The notes under the pieces: model-generated
Told to the model about the DNA's origin: nothing
Seen by the model: the letters and a program-made list of their open reading frames with translations, nothing else
Database searches by the model: none
Part shown: in pieces, positions 1-10,238 of the stretch
Layout of the letters: every line of letters begins with the position of its first letter
Numbering within the stretch: position 1 is the stretch's first letter
DNA from: Balanoglossus misakiensis
Lineage: Eukaryota; Animalia; Hemichordata
Length of the DNA: 64,000 bases
Assembly: GCA_040954595.2 (NCBI GenBank)
Contig: CM082590.2
Coordinates: 4,774,001 to 4,838,000 of the forward strand
Direction: 5' to 3'
Position numbers and translations under genes: made by a program

Positions 1-1678
1 GTCTCAAAGATAGGATTGGCATCGACCGTCATGAGTCAACACCTGCCTGTACAACACCTGACCCGATAGAAGGAGTAGTTTTGATTCAAAGGACAATGAC
101 AAATTATATGGCACCTCCTTATGATCAATTGTATTAGGTGACAGACAGGAGTTGGCAGATGCTGGAGGCCGACAGACAATCGCCCTATCTGATATACTCC
201 ACATCACTAAAAGTGGAGATAGAAAGTCTCAAAGATAGGATTGGCATCGACCGTTATGAGTCAACACCTGCCTGTACAACACCTGACCCGATAGAGGGAG
301 TAGTTTTGATTCAAAGGACAATGACAAATTATATGGCACCTCCTTATGATCAATTGTATTAGGTGACAGACAGGAGTTGGCAGATGCTGGAGGCCGACAG
401 ACAATCGCCCTATCTGATATACTCCACATCACTGAAAGTGGAGATAGAAAGTCTCAAAGATAGGATTGGCATCGACCGTCATGAGTCAACACCTGCCTGT
501 ACAACACCTGACCAAATAGAGGGAGTAGTTTTGATTCAAAGGACAATGACAAATTATATGGCACCTCCTTATGATCAATTGTATTAGGTGACAGACAGGA
601 GTTGGCAGATGCTGGAGGCCGACAGACAATCGCCCTATCTGATACTCTCCACATCACTGAAAGTGGAGATAGAAAGTCTCAAAGATAGGATTGGCATCGA
701 CCGTCATGAGTCAACACCTGCCTGTACAACACCTGACCCTATAGAGGGAGTACTTTTGATTCAAAGGGCAATGACAAATTATATGGCACCTCCTTATGAT
801 CAATTGTATTAGGTGACAGACAGGTGTTGGCAGATGCTGGAGGCCGACAGACAATCGCCCTATCTGATACTCTCCACATCACTGAAAGTGGAGATAGAAA
901 GTCTCAAAGATAGGATTGGCATCGACCGTCATGAGTCAACACCTGCCTGTACAACATCTGACCCGATAGAGGGAGTAGTTTTCATTCAAAGGACAATGAC
1001 AAATTATATGGCACCTCCTTATGATCAATTGTATTAGGTGACAGACAGGTGTTGGCAGATGCTGGAGGCCGACAGACAATCGCCCTATCTGATACTCTCC
1101 ACATCACTGAAAGTGGAGATAGAAAGTCTCAAAGATAGGATTGGCATCGACCGTCATGAGTCAACACCTGTCTGTACAACACCTGACCCGATAGAGGGAG
1201 TAGTTTTGATTCAATGGACAATGACAAATTATATGGCACCTCCTTATGATCAATTGTATTAGGTGACAGACAGGTGTTGGCAGATGCTGGAGGCCGACAG
1301 ACAATCGCCCTATCTGATACTCTCCACATCACTGAAAGTGGAGATAGAAAGTCTCAAAGATAGGATTGGCATCGACCGTCATGAGTCAACACCTGCCTGT
1401 ACAACACCTGACCTGATAGAGGGAGTACTTTTGATTCAATGGACAATGACAAATTATATGGCACCTCCTTATGATCAATTGTATTAGGTGACAGACAGGT
1501 GTTGGCAGATGCTGGAGGCCGACAGACAATCGCCCTATCTGATACTCTCCACATCACTGAAAGTGGAGATAGAAAGTCTCAAAGATAGGATTGGCATCGA
1601 CCGTCATCAGTCAACACCTGCCTGTACAACACCTGACCAAATAGAGGGAATAGTTTTGATTCAAAGGACAATGGCAAA
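1..1678. repeat. 225-bp tandem repeat (about 7.5 copies visible, continues off the left edge), intronic to ankyrin gene 1
   Basis: Unit starting gtctcaaagataggattggc recurs at 1, 226, 451, 676, 901, 1126, 1351 and 1576 with few substitutions; the ORF track shows the same 225-bp period. Confidence 0.97.
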
Positions 1679-1930
1679 TAGATACATTGTATCCTCAACA
1701 CAATTTACGACAAAAACTACAATGGAAAGAAGACCATTGTGCAAACTCATACTGTTTTAGGAGTGCTTGGTTAAAATAGTGTTCAGGCATTTTCAAGACT
1801 TTTTATAAAATTGTGCATTTCAAATTCAAAGATTATGAAGATTAACTACTTGAGAAAATGGGAGTTGATCAGAACACATGGTGTAGGTCTAGAGTGTCAT
1901 GGAATAAAATATAAAAGTGGAAGATTGTAC

Positions 1931-2044
1931 CTTATTTTTGCAGTCAATATCAGCTCCATATTGCAACAATAGTTTCACAACTTTTCCATAATCCTTCCGA
2001 GACTCTTCACCCATTGCTGCCATGTGAAGTGCTGTGTCGCCATC
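1931..2044 (-). CDS. Ankyrin exon, gene 1 (DGDTALHMAAMGEESRKDYGKVVKLLLQYGADIDCKNK)
   Basis: 114 bp, tatag|GAT...AAG|gtacaa, phase 0-0; ankyrin consensus with a 5-aa insert. Confidence 0.88.
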
Positions 2045-5000
2045 CTATACAAGAAACAAAAACAGACAACATCATGTAAGAGGTACAACAAGAAAAGTTC
2101 TGCATAAACAGCTCAACCAAACATACAACCAACGTTAACACTGAATTGATAATTAACCTCTAGTTTTTCAACAGTATTTAGGATGCTTATATCATTTTTG
2201 AGTTGGATGTCTCCACGTCAATGTAGCTTTAAATAATTGAGTTGAATTCAATGAATGCATTGTGTGTATTTCGTCCACCATGTCAGAATGTTGAATTTCA
2301 GACAACAGATAAATTTCCTCATAACGATGAACAATTTAAAGAAAATATGGGTAGTAGATTGTGCCTTTATTCATCTTGACAGTTTTGAGGGAAAAACTGA
2401 TTTGGATCAATTTGTAAAGATCTGCATAAGACCAGAAAATTTACATGGATGGGAAATCTTTATTTAGACAAAAGACTAGAGATGACATTGATGACCATTA
2501 ATGTTCAGAAAGTGTTTGTTTGAGTAAAATACTGTGTTTTGATTCGCATAGAGCACCTAAGTTACTGGTATCATTATCAGAGGTACAGAACTTGTCTGTG
2601 GTCATCCATTATTATGAAGCAGTTTCCTTGTGAGTAATTTCTTGCCAACACCGTTCTGGTGAGTATTTCTGTATGTAATGGAGGAGGAGCATGAGAACAA
2701 TAACATTTGAAATGTTCTGTGAGGTTTCCTAAACGAACAAACAAACAAACAAACAAATATTCCTATACCGATAGAATTAACCTGCAGAAGCCAAGGTTGG
2801 TATTTACCTTGTTTTGTATGGTCACATCAGCTTTGTGTTCCAATAACAATCTGAGACCGCCTTCATTGTTATACTTTGCTGCATGATGCAAAGGGGTGTT
2901 TCCATCCTGTTTGTAATGGAGGAGGAGCATGAGAACAATGTCATGACATTTGAAACATACTGTTAGGTTTCCTAAACAAACAAACAAACAAACAAACAAA
3001 TAAATGTTTCTATACTAATAGAATGAACCTGCAGAAGCCAGGTTGGTATTTACCTTGTTTTGTATGGTCACATCATCTTTGTGTTCCAATGACAATCTGA
3101 CACAGCCTTCATTGTCAGACCTTGCTGCAGAGTGCAAAAGGGTGTCTCCTCTCTGTAAGTAATGAAGGAGGAGCTTGAGAACAATGTCATAAAATTTGAA
3201 ATGTAATGAGAGGTTTCTTAAAACAAACAAATAAATATAAAAATGTAATGTGAAGTGTAAACAAACAAACAATATATAAACCAACATATAAATAAATAAA
3301 ACTATCAAAAGTATCAGCCATATTGCAAAAACAACCAAGAATGGCATACTGACTGATTTGAAAGGATAATCCACAGTCCTTCAACACAAAATGAAAATTG
3401 CCGACTGTTAAAGTGAATACAGATTCAAGTATGACAGTGAAGAATCTCAATTGATTCTAACAGCGAGGAAAACACTTTGATCGGTGATATAGTTTTTGAA
3501 ATTGGATGTTTTAGTCTCCATAGCTTAGTTAGGGGTGGACCATTTGATATTCAGGGTGGGAGAGATCTGGAAGTTTAAAAAAAAAGATTGCCAGTAAAAT
3601 TTTAGAGATGGCTTGAAAACACAAACCACAAAAAAAATCCATAGAAATTTATTAATTTCTGGAACATATTTATTCATTCAGGCACAAACTGTGTCAACTT
3701 CTCTGGCCAAATTGTAAAGAGAGTTAAATTTAGAGTACAATGTTTCCTACTGTCCTTCCTATGGCTGGATCCCAAGGCTATCATGGTTATTAAAACTAAA
3801 TCAGTACGGGTAATAATTTTTGGATTTTCCCTCTTCTTGTTCAGGGGTTAGCTTGTTTCTTCCCACTGAATTTGGATCATGCAAAGTAATTTTGGAGGAA
3901 AATAAGATAGTGTTGTAATTAGGTCTTTTTAAAAGGCATTTTATAAAATTATTCATTTATGTTGCCACGTTATCCAAATGAAGTAATAAGTCAGTTCATG
4001 TACCTCATTCTTCGCATTGACATCTGCACCATGGCTAATCAACACCCTGACAGCATCCAATTGACCTCCCCAGGACGCTACATGCAATGCTGTGGAACCA
4101 TTCTGGAATGAAGACGTTTAAAGTTGGAATAAAAATGACATCACCAATCTGATACTTGAAATGTGGCAACCGCTCAATCTAATATTCATTTCTTGTTAAC
4201 AACAAGAAATGAATATTCACACACTCCTAGCAGCAAGATAAAGAATTTGACTCTACAAATAAATGTTTCATGATTTCCATCTGACTGTCAATTAAAGAAT
4301 CATCAAAAGTTTCCAATGTGGTCATGAAGTTGTAAGTACACGTGTAGCCACGTTATCCATCATGAATATATATTCCTTGCTGAAAAAAGAAATAGAATCT
4401 AATGATCTGTCAGTGAAAAGCTGTAAGGGGTTGTCAACAGATGGGGCTGCTGTCATGGTTGCCAGTAGAAGTGGTGTTGCAAGCAAATTTAAGTCTGACA
4501 ATAATTTGATCATTAGTGTGCATTGTGTTTGCCACAGGTTGGCATTGGCTTGTACTGACAGTAATACAAACATAAAGTATGTGAAGGATGTGTCCATAAT
4601 AATTTGGCAGCTTTGGCAGTTCTTTGAAAATTCCCCAAAGAGGTTAACAGCATTCCTGAAATGCAAGAAAAGCTTGCAAAAATAAAGTTAACCTCTGACA
4701 AGACAAGAGTCAGAAAATTGTCATGCACAGACTTAAAAAAGCTGGCAACACCAGGTGGTTGAGTTTCAATCTAGCTGTAGAGGCAACTCTGAGGGATTTG
4801 GAGGCATTGCTCCTTACTCTGAATGACTTTGAAGATGATGCACTTGCATGTGGCCTGCTCAAGAAAATAAAGTTGGTTAAATTTGTTGGCACATTGTATA
4901 TATTGCAGTCTGTATTGTCCATTTTGTCAGAGCTGTCTCTTGTGTTTCAAAGAGATCAAGTTAACTTCTCCCTCATTGCAAGCATGGTTTCAGCAACTAA

Positions 5001-6963
5001 AAATAAACTGAAACAGATTCTCAGACAATGTGCCAATAAAGAAGTTTGTGTCTGATATTGACTCATTCACAAATATATCTTCTGAGCTATGTTTCCAGGG
5101 CAGCGGCAAGCTTGATCTTGAAAGTCTGATGAGAAAGTACATTGGTGCTCTCATAGAGAATATAGATAGTAGGTTTGCTGAGTCATCTCCAGTGCTCACT
5201 GCACTGTCTGTCTTTGACCCATTGAGTATGCCAAGTAAAGAAAATGCAACTTTTAGTTCATATGGGGAAGCACATATCAAAGTACTTGCTGATCACTTTT
5301 ACCAAAATGAGGAAGTTGCTGTAAAAGAAAACAAAACACAGAAATTAGTGAAAGAGTTTACACAACTTAAATACTACTATGTAGATTACATGAAGGCAAA
5401 TATGCCTACTGATGTTGAGGAATGTAAAGGCACTGTTACACCAACTCAGTGGCTCTTGACTGAGTTAGTGAGATGTGACAGCTTAACCCCATTTTTCCCA
5501 GAGATAACTATAATAGCTGAAGCTGCACTCTGTGTTCCTGTGAGTAATGCTTGGCCTGAAAGGGGTGCAAGCACTTTGAAGAATGTCAAAACTAGATTGA
5601 GAAGTAGACTGTCAAGTGAAATGTTAGAATCTATAATGCATGTCCCCCAGTTGCCAGTGCTGAGGCAGAACAGATAATATCTCGAGCTGTAGAACAGTGG
5701 GAACAAGCCAAAAGTAGAAGATACCGCACAAAAGTACAGGTGCATGTACCATCATCATGTGTAGACAGTGACTCTGATGGTGCTCCAGGTGGGGCCATTT
5801 ATGCTGATGCTTCAGTGCAGGTTGATATTGAGGTTGAGACTGAGGAGGAAAGTGTTTCCATACAACATGAAGTTACAGAAGTGTCAAGTGCTTTAGGGTT
5901 ATCAGAGAACTCAGACCCAGATAGTGATTTTGAATTTGATTGAAGACTGTATTGTAACATGATACATAACTAGTGCTGTAATAAAAGGTTGAAACACTCA
6001 AATGAGTTTACGTGTATGTGTTTGTGTGTAGAATGAATTGGGGGGGGGGGGGGTTCAAAGGTCAACATGTCCCTGGCCCCCGCATGATTGGCCCCCTACT
6101 TTGCAACTATGACCCTCTACAGTGAAGCTTAGGAATAGCTTTCCAACTGCACCAACACTGGGTCAGCTCTGTTTAAACACTGGGTCAACTCTGGGTTGGC
6201 ACCCTATTGGCGCTCTAATTAGCACCTATTGGGCTTGTGTTTAACTGGGGTGTGCCAAAACAATAGGGTGCCCCAAGATTTCACACTGAACAATGCCAAG
6301 TGCCAGGGCCAACAGATTCACACCTTTGTAACACTTGTAACCCATGGGCTAACACTGTGCTGACCCATTATAAACACCATGTCAGCAAGTTGTTAGCAAA
6401 TTGGAAAGCTATTCCTAAGCTGTACTGTACTTCATATTTTAGTGAAACCCCTGTGAATTAATTAGTCAGTTCACGTACCCTATCCTGCGCATTGACATCT
6501 GCACCATGGCTAATCAACTCTCTCACAGCATCCAATTTACCTCTCCCGGACGCTTCAAGCAATGCTGTATAACCAATCTGGAATGAAGACGTTTAAAGTT
6601 GGAATAAAAATGACATCACCAATCTGATACTTGAAATGTGTCAACTGCTCAATCTAATATTCATTTCTTGTTAACAACAAGAAATGAATATTCACACACT
6701 CCTAGCAGCAAATGAAAGATCAAATTTGACTCTAGAAATAAAAGTTTCATGATTTCCATCTGACTGTCAATAAAAGAATCATCCAGTTTCCACTGTGGTC
6801 ATGAAGTTGTAAGTACACGTGTAGCCACGTTATCCATCATGAAGTAATAAGTCAGTTCACGTACCTCATTCTTCGCATTGACATCTGCACCATGGCTAAT
6901 CAACTCTCTCATAGCATCCAGTTGACCTCCCCTGGACGCTTCATGCAATGCTGTGGTACCCAT
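1931..6963 (-). CDS. Ankyrin-repeat gene 1 (partial, 3' end off-window), probable paralogue of the ROCO gene at 20351-38070; six phase-0 ankyrin exons
   Basis: Exons 6865-6963, 6479-6577, 4004-4102, 3054-3152, 2808-2906 and 1931-2044 are all AG/GT bounded, open, one ankyrin repeat each. Exon 4004-4102 shares TCCACAGCATTGCATGTAGCG (STALHVA) and HGADVNAKN with exon 33623-33721 of the ROCO gene. Confidence 0.8.
2808..2906 (-). CDS. Ankyrin exon, gene 1 (DGNTPLHHAAKYNNEGGLRLLLEHKADVTIQNK)
   Basis: 99 bp, acag|GAT...AAG|gtaaat, phase 0-0; TPLH motif. Confidence 0.9.
3054..3152 (-). CDS. Ankyrin exon, gene 1 (RGDTLLHSAARSDNEGCVRLSLEHKDDVTIQNK), tandem duplicate of 2808-2906
   Basis: 99 bp, ttacag|AGA...AAG|gtaaat; 246-bp exon+intron period; some framework changes (P>L, L>S, A>D). 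Confidence 0.8.
4004..4102 (-). CDS. Ankyrin exon, gene 1 (NGSTALHVASWGGQLDAVRVLISHGADVNAKNE)
   Basis: 99 bp, ttccag|AAT...GAG|gtacat, phase 0-0. Confidence 0.92.
4363..6453 (+). mobile_element. 5'-truncated, decayed hAT-superfamily DNA transposon (ZNF862-like transposase) in an intron of gene 1
   Basis: ORF fragments 4362-5943 with motifs STDGAAVM, HCVCHRLALAC, TRWLS and PVSNAWPERGAS...KTRLRSRL (hAT C-terminal dimerisation region), broken by stops and frameshifts. Right end ...gtgaaacccctg (CAGGGG terminus) at 6453. The empty site is visible in the sister intron near 6835-6860. Confidence 0.9.
6120..6427. mobile_element. MITE with TA target duplication (Tc1/mariner-pogo type) nested in the hAT 3' end
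   Basis: TA|cagtgaagcttaggaatagctttccaa...ttggaaagctattcctaagctgtactg|TA; 27-bp TIR with 2 mismatches. Confidence 0.85.
6479..6577 (-). CDS. Ankyrin exon, gene 1 (IGYTALLEASGRGKLDAVRELISHGADVNAQDR)
   Basis: 99 bp, ttccag|ATT...AGG|gtacgt, phase 0-0; cassette copy of 4004-4102. Confidence 0.9.
6865..6963 (-). CDS. Ankyrin exon, gene 1 (MGTTALHEASRGGQLDAMRELISHGADVNAKNE)
   Basis: 99 bp, ttccag|ATG...GAG|gtacgt, phase 0-0; 386-bp period from the previous cassette. Confidence 0.9.
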
Positions 6964-7342
6964 CTGGAATGAAGACGTTTAAAGTTGGAATAAAAATGAC
7001 ATCATTAATCTGATACTTGAAATGTGAGTCAACTGCTTGATGAAGAAGCTCTAGGAATTTCATCACAATGAGCTTCAGTCACTCTATAAAAAATCGCGTC
7101 AAGGACACGGTGGTCCCATTTAGGGATTACACAGAAGAAGTCTACATCGGATTACATATACAGACAGACGCACACACACACATAGAGAGATCAACAGGCA
7201 AACACTGACTGACCCATAAGCTGCCAATGGTGTCCTGTACATACACCAAATAGAACAGCTGGTCTCTTTAATACTTAGCCAGTTATGTAAACATGCAGGA
7301 ATTTGTTGTGTGTACAAATGACAGTAGGGGTGCCTCTCTTAA

Positions 7343-8000
7343 GTGCCTTTCTCACGTGCCGTCAACGCCGCCCCAGCGGCTGCCCTAGGGCGGCGTTAAT
7401 TTGTAAGTGCCACGTGTGAAAAGGTGAGAGCGGCCCTGCGCCGCTCTTTTTTTGTGACGGTGTTGAGGGGTGGGACCTGGGTCGGGGCGCCGCACTAAAC
7501 AGCGATTCAAATCACGTGTGAACAGAAACACCGCACTAAACGCCGATCTAAACGCACTCTGCCGACGCGGTTTGTCTCATTAAGCGCTGCATTAAGCGTT
7601 GAGGTTCACTTTACTAAAACAATGGCCGAAGCAGTGTCTCGAGGCAACAATTGGAGTGACGCGGAAATGGCCAAGGCACATACAAAGGAATTGCAAACTC
7701 GACCTCCGACGACGATTTAGTAGCATGGACTGCAGTCTTCCAGGCGCAACCTCCAATGAAAGGTTACCATAAACCGGTATCGGTTCATTCAAATGCCCAT
7801 GAAATCGGCGTCGGCGACGTTTAAAAAGCAAATTCAGGAGTACCATATACAGTAGCTCTGGACTTATTCGCTGTTTGGGTATAAGTCCAGAGCTACATAT
7901 ACAGTAAACACATCACTGAATCCGCCATTGTCACCTTTAGCCACGCTGCTGTGGACGCATTGAGTGCGGTGATCCCGTCCCTTTTATACACATGTGAATG
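7343..8000. mobile_element. GC-rich probable non-autonomous DNA element remnant (Harbinger-like end, tentative)
   Basis: Abrupt CpG-rich block starting taa|gtgcctttctcacgtg, with recurrent ca(c/t)gtgtgaa-like motifs (about 7410, 7513, 7990); no clear right TIR. Confidence 0.3.
7853..7895. mobile_element. 43-bp miniature inverted-repeat insertion with 9-bp target duplication
   Basis: catatacag|tagctctggacttat-13 nt-ataagtccagagcta|catatacag; perfect 15-bp TIR. Confidence 0.8.
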
Positions 8001-8628
8001 CAAAACTATTTGAGTCGCTGATAAGAAATGTTTACCAACTTTTATAATCCCAAAAAGGGCGCCCTAATCATTGCACTATGTAGTGGTAATTGCTCTTCAA
8101 GAGATAAAAAAATTTGCGGTATAAGACAAAATATCCTACAAAATATAGAAGTTCCAAATTACCTATGATATGATTCAATAATATTTCTAAAGAAGCCAAT
8201 CCCATTAACTTACGACTCAAATTTTAAAATAATCAGCCATACAGTGTACACTTTCTGAGAAATATAATTTTTTACCAAAATTCAAAAATACGCACAAAAA
8301 ATACAAGATATTGTCCCCACAAAACATTGACACTTTAATCATAGGTTTTGTAAATCATCATGAGAACTCACCCAGGAAAGTAATGGGGATAGAGGGTCTG
8401 AGAAAGAGTATTGACCGAAAATGGCAAAAATCACTCCAAAAATATACTATTGAATTCTTCACCTTGATTTGAAAAACATACATGCAAATCTTACCAAATT
8501 TCAATGCAATCTGACAAGCGGTTTTAGAGGGAAAAAAAATTACCAAAAAAGGCAAAAATTGCTCCAAAATTATAAATATGCAAATTTTGCAACAATTTAA
8601 ACAAAACTATAGTAACTCAGATCACCTA

Positions 8629-10238
8629 CAGTAAAACCTGTCAAAACCGGACCCTGGTAAAGCGGACCACTGTCCATACCGAACGATTTTTTCAGTCCCT
8701 GCCCACTCCCATAGACGCCCTGTGTTAAAAAACCTCTGCAGACCGGCCACTGTCTACTGTGGAAACCGGACGGGATTTCGAGCGAAAACCGGACGGAACG
8801 ACTTTTTGAAGACGGCATCTTTTCAAGTTTCTTTGTTCTTGCTACATTAAAGATATGATGAATCACTGTCTTTTGTCTTTGAGTTTTGTTTTGACCAATT
8901 TAACAAGCAATCAACGGCGTGGAGCTGTCACTCAAGCAAGGCGTGAACGCATTCTATTGTTCGACTCGTTTGTCGCATATTTTTGACAAGTGGAGTGTCA
9001 CCGCAGTAATGAGCTCTGTTGCCGGCTGATCAAACATAACGTTTCCCGGTGTCATTTTTTTCGGACGGTCAAAGCTATGAAGGCACATTCAATCAGAGTG
9101 ATGTGTGAAATTTTCGGGACATCAAACATACAGGAATGATAAAAGGAGACCCATTCCTTCGAATTTCACCACTTCGTGTTCGTTCACTGTACGAATCACA
9201 ACGCCGTCTCGCTCTCCATCAAACGTATTCAAATCAAATGATGTCTGCCCCACCAGCGAAGCGTAGAAGAAGAGAACTTACTCTTTCTGATAAGATTAAG
9301 CTTATCAAAGAGGCCGAGTCATCATCGCTGACGATGAAGAAATTAGGCGAAAAGTATAACATCGGAAAGTCAACCGTGTCCGACATCATCAAGAAGAAAG
9401 CCGAGTACGTCACGCAATTTGAAGCCAACGCTGATGCCAATCGACAACGCCTCCACCAGACAGAGAAGTTCCGTGAAGTAAACAGTTTCACGTGGGACTG
9501 GTTTCAGCAAGCGAGGGCCAAAAATATTCCAATTTCTGGTCCCTTGCTGCAAGAGAAAGCTTTATTTTTTGCCAGCAGGTTGCAGGTCCCCGACTTCAAG
9601 GCTTCGAACGGATGGTTGGAGAGTTGGCGAAGTCGCTACAACGTCAGGTCACTTAAGGTCAACGGTGAAAGTGCTGACGTCTCACAAGATGTTGTGGACG
9701 ATTTCCGAACGCGCCTGCCCATGCTGTGTGAAGGATTTGCACCGAGTGACATTTATAACTGCGATGAAAGTGGTGTGTTCTACAGGGCATTGCCAGATCG
9801 GACTTTAGCTTCCAGAACTGAAGATTGTAAAGGCGGTAAAGTGTCTAAAGAACGCCTTACAGTGCTGTTTGCCTGCAGTTTAACGGGTGACAAACTAACG
9901 CCGCTCGTGATCGGTAAAGCCGCGAAGCCACGCTGTTTTCGCAACATCGACATCGGCTCTCTACCTGTCACAAGAAAGCCTGGATGACAACCGTTCTATT
10001 CACCGAGTGGTTGCAAGATGTCAACTCTATGATGCGAAGGCGGAAAAGGAAGATTCTGATGTTTCTTGACAACTGTACGTCCCACGCTCCAGACATCAGA
10101 TTATCGAACGTAACTTTGAAATTTCTGCCTGCCAACACCACCTCGCGCTTACAGCCCCTCGACCAAGGAATCATCAGAGCTTTTAAGGCACGCTACCGAA
10201 AACACCTCCTACGGTCTGTTATCGCCAAGATTGACTCT
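8629..10238 (+). mobile_element. pogo/Tigger DNA transposon, 5' part (HTH_psq/CENP-B-type HTH + DDE_1 transposase, frameshifted near 9980, 3' end lost)
   Basis: Left end TA|cagtaaaacctgtc; NLS PAKRRRR; motifs LTLSDKIKLI, PISGPLLQEKA, FKASNGWLESW, IYNCDESG, KERLTVLFAC, LFLDN-like MFLDN, LPANTTSRLQPLDQGII. Confidence 0.93.

Noticed and set aside
4-1760. Repeated 67-74 aa ORFs on both strands
   Set aside because: By-products of the 225-bp tandem unit; stops in every unit, no recognisable domain or convincing splice sites.
9136-9987. Domesticated TIGD-like host gene
   Set aside because: Retains a TIR and TA target site, is frameshifted, and is truncated by a Gypsy fragment; best read as a transposon relic.
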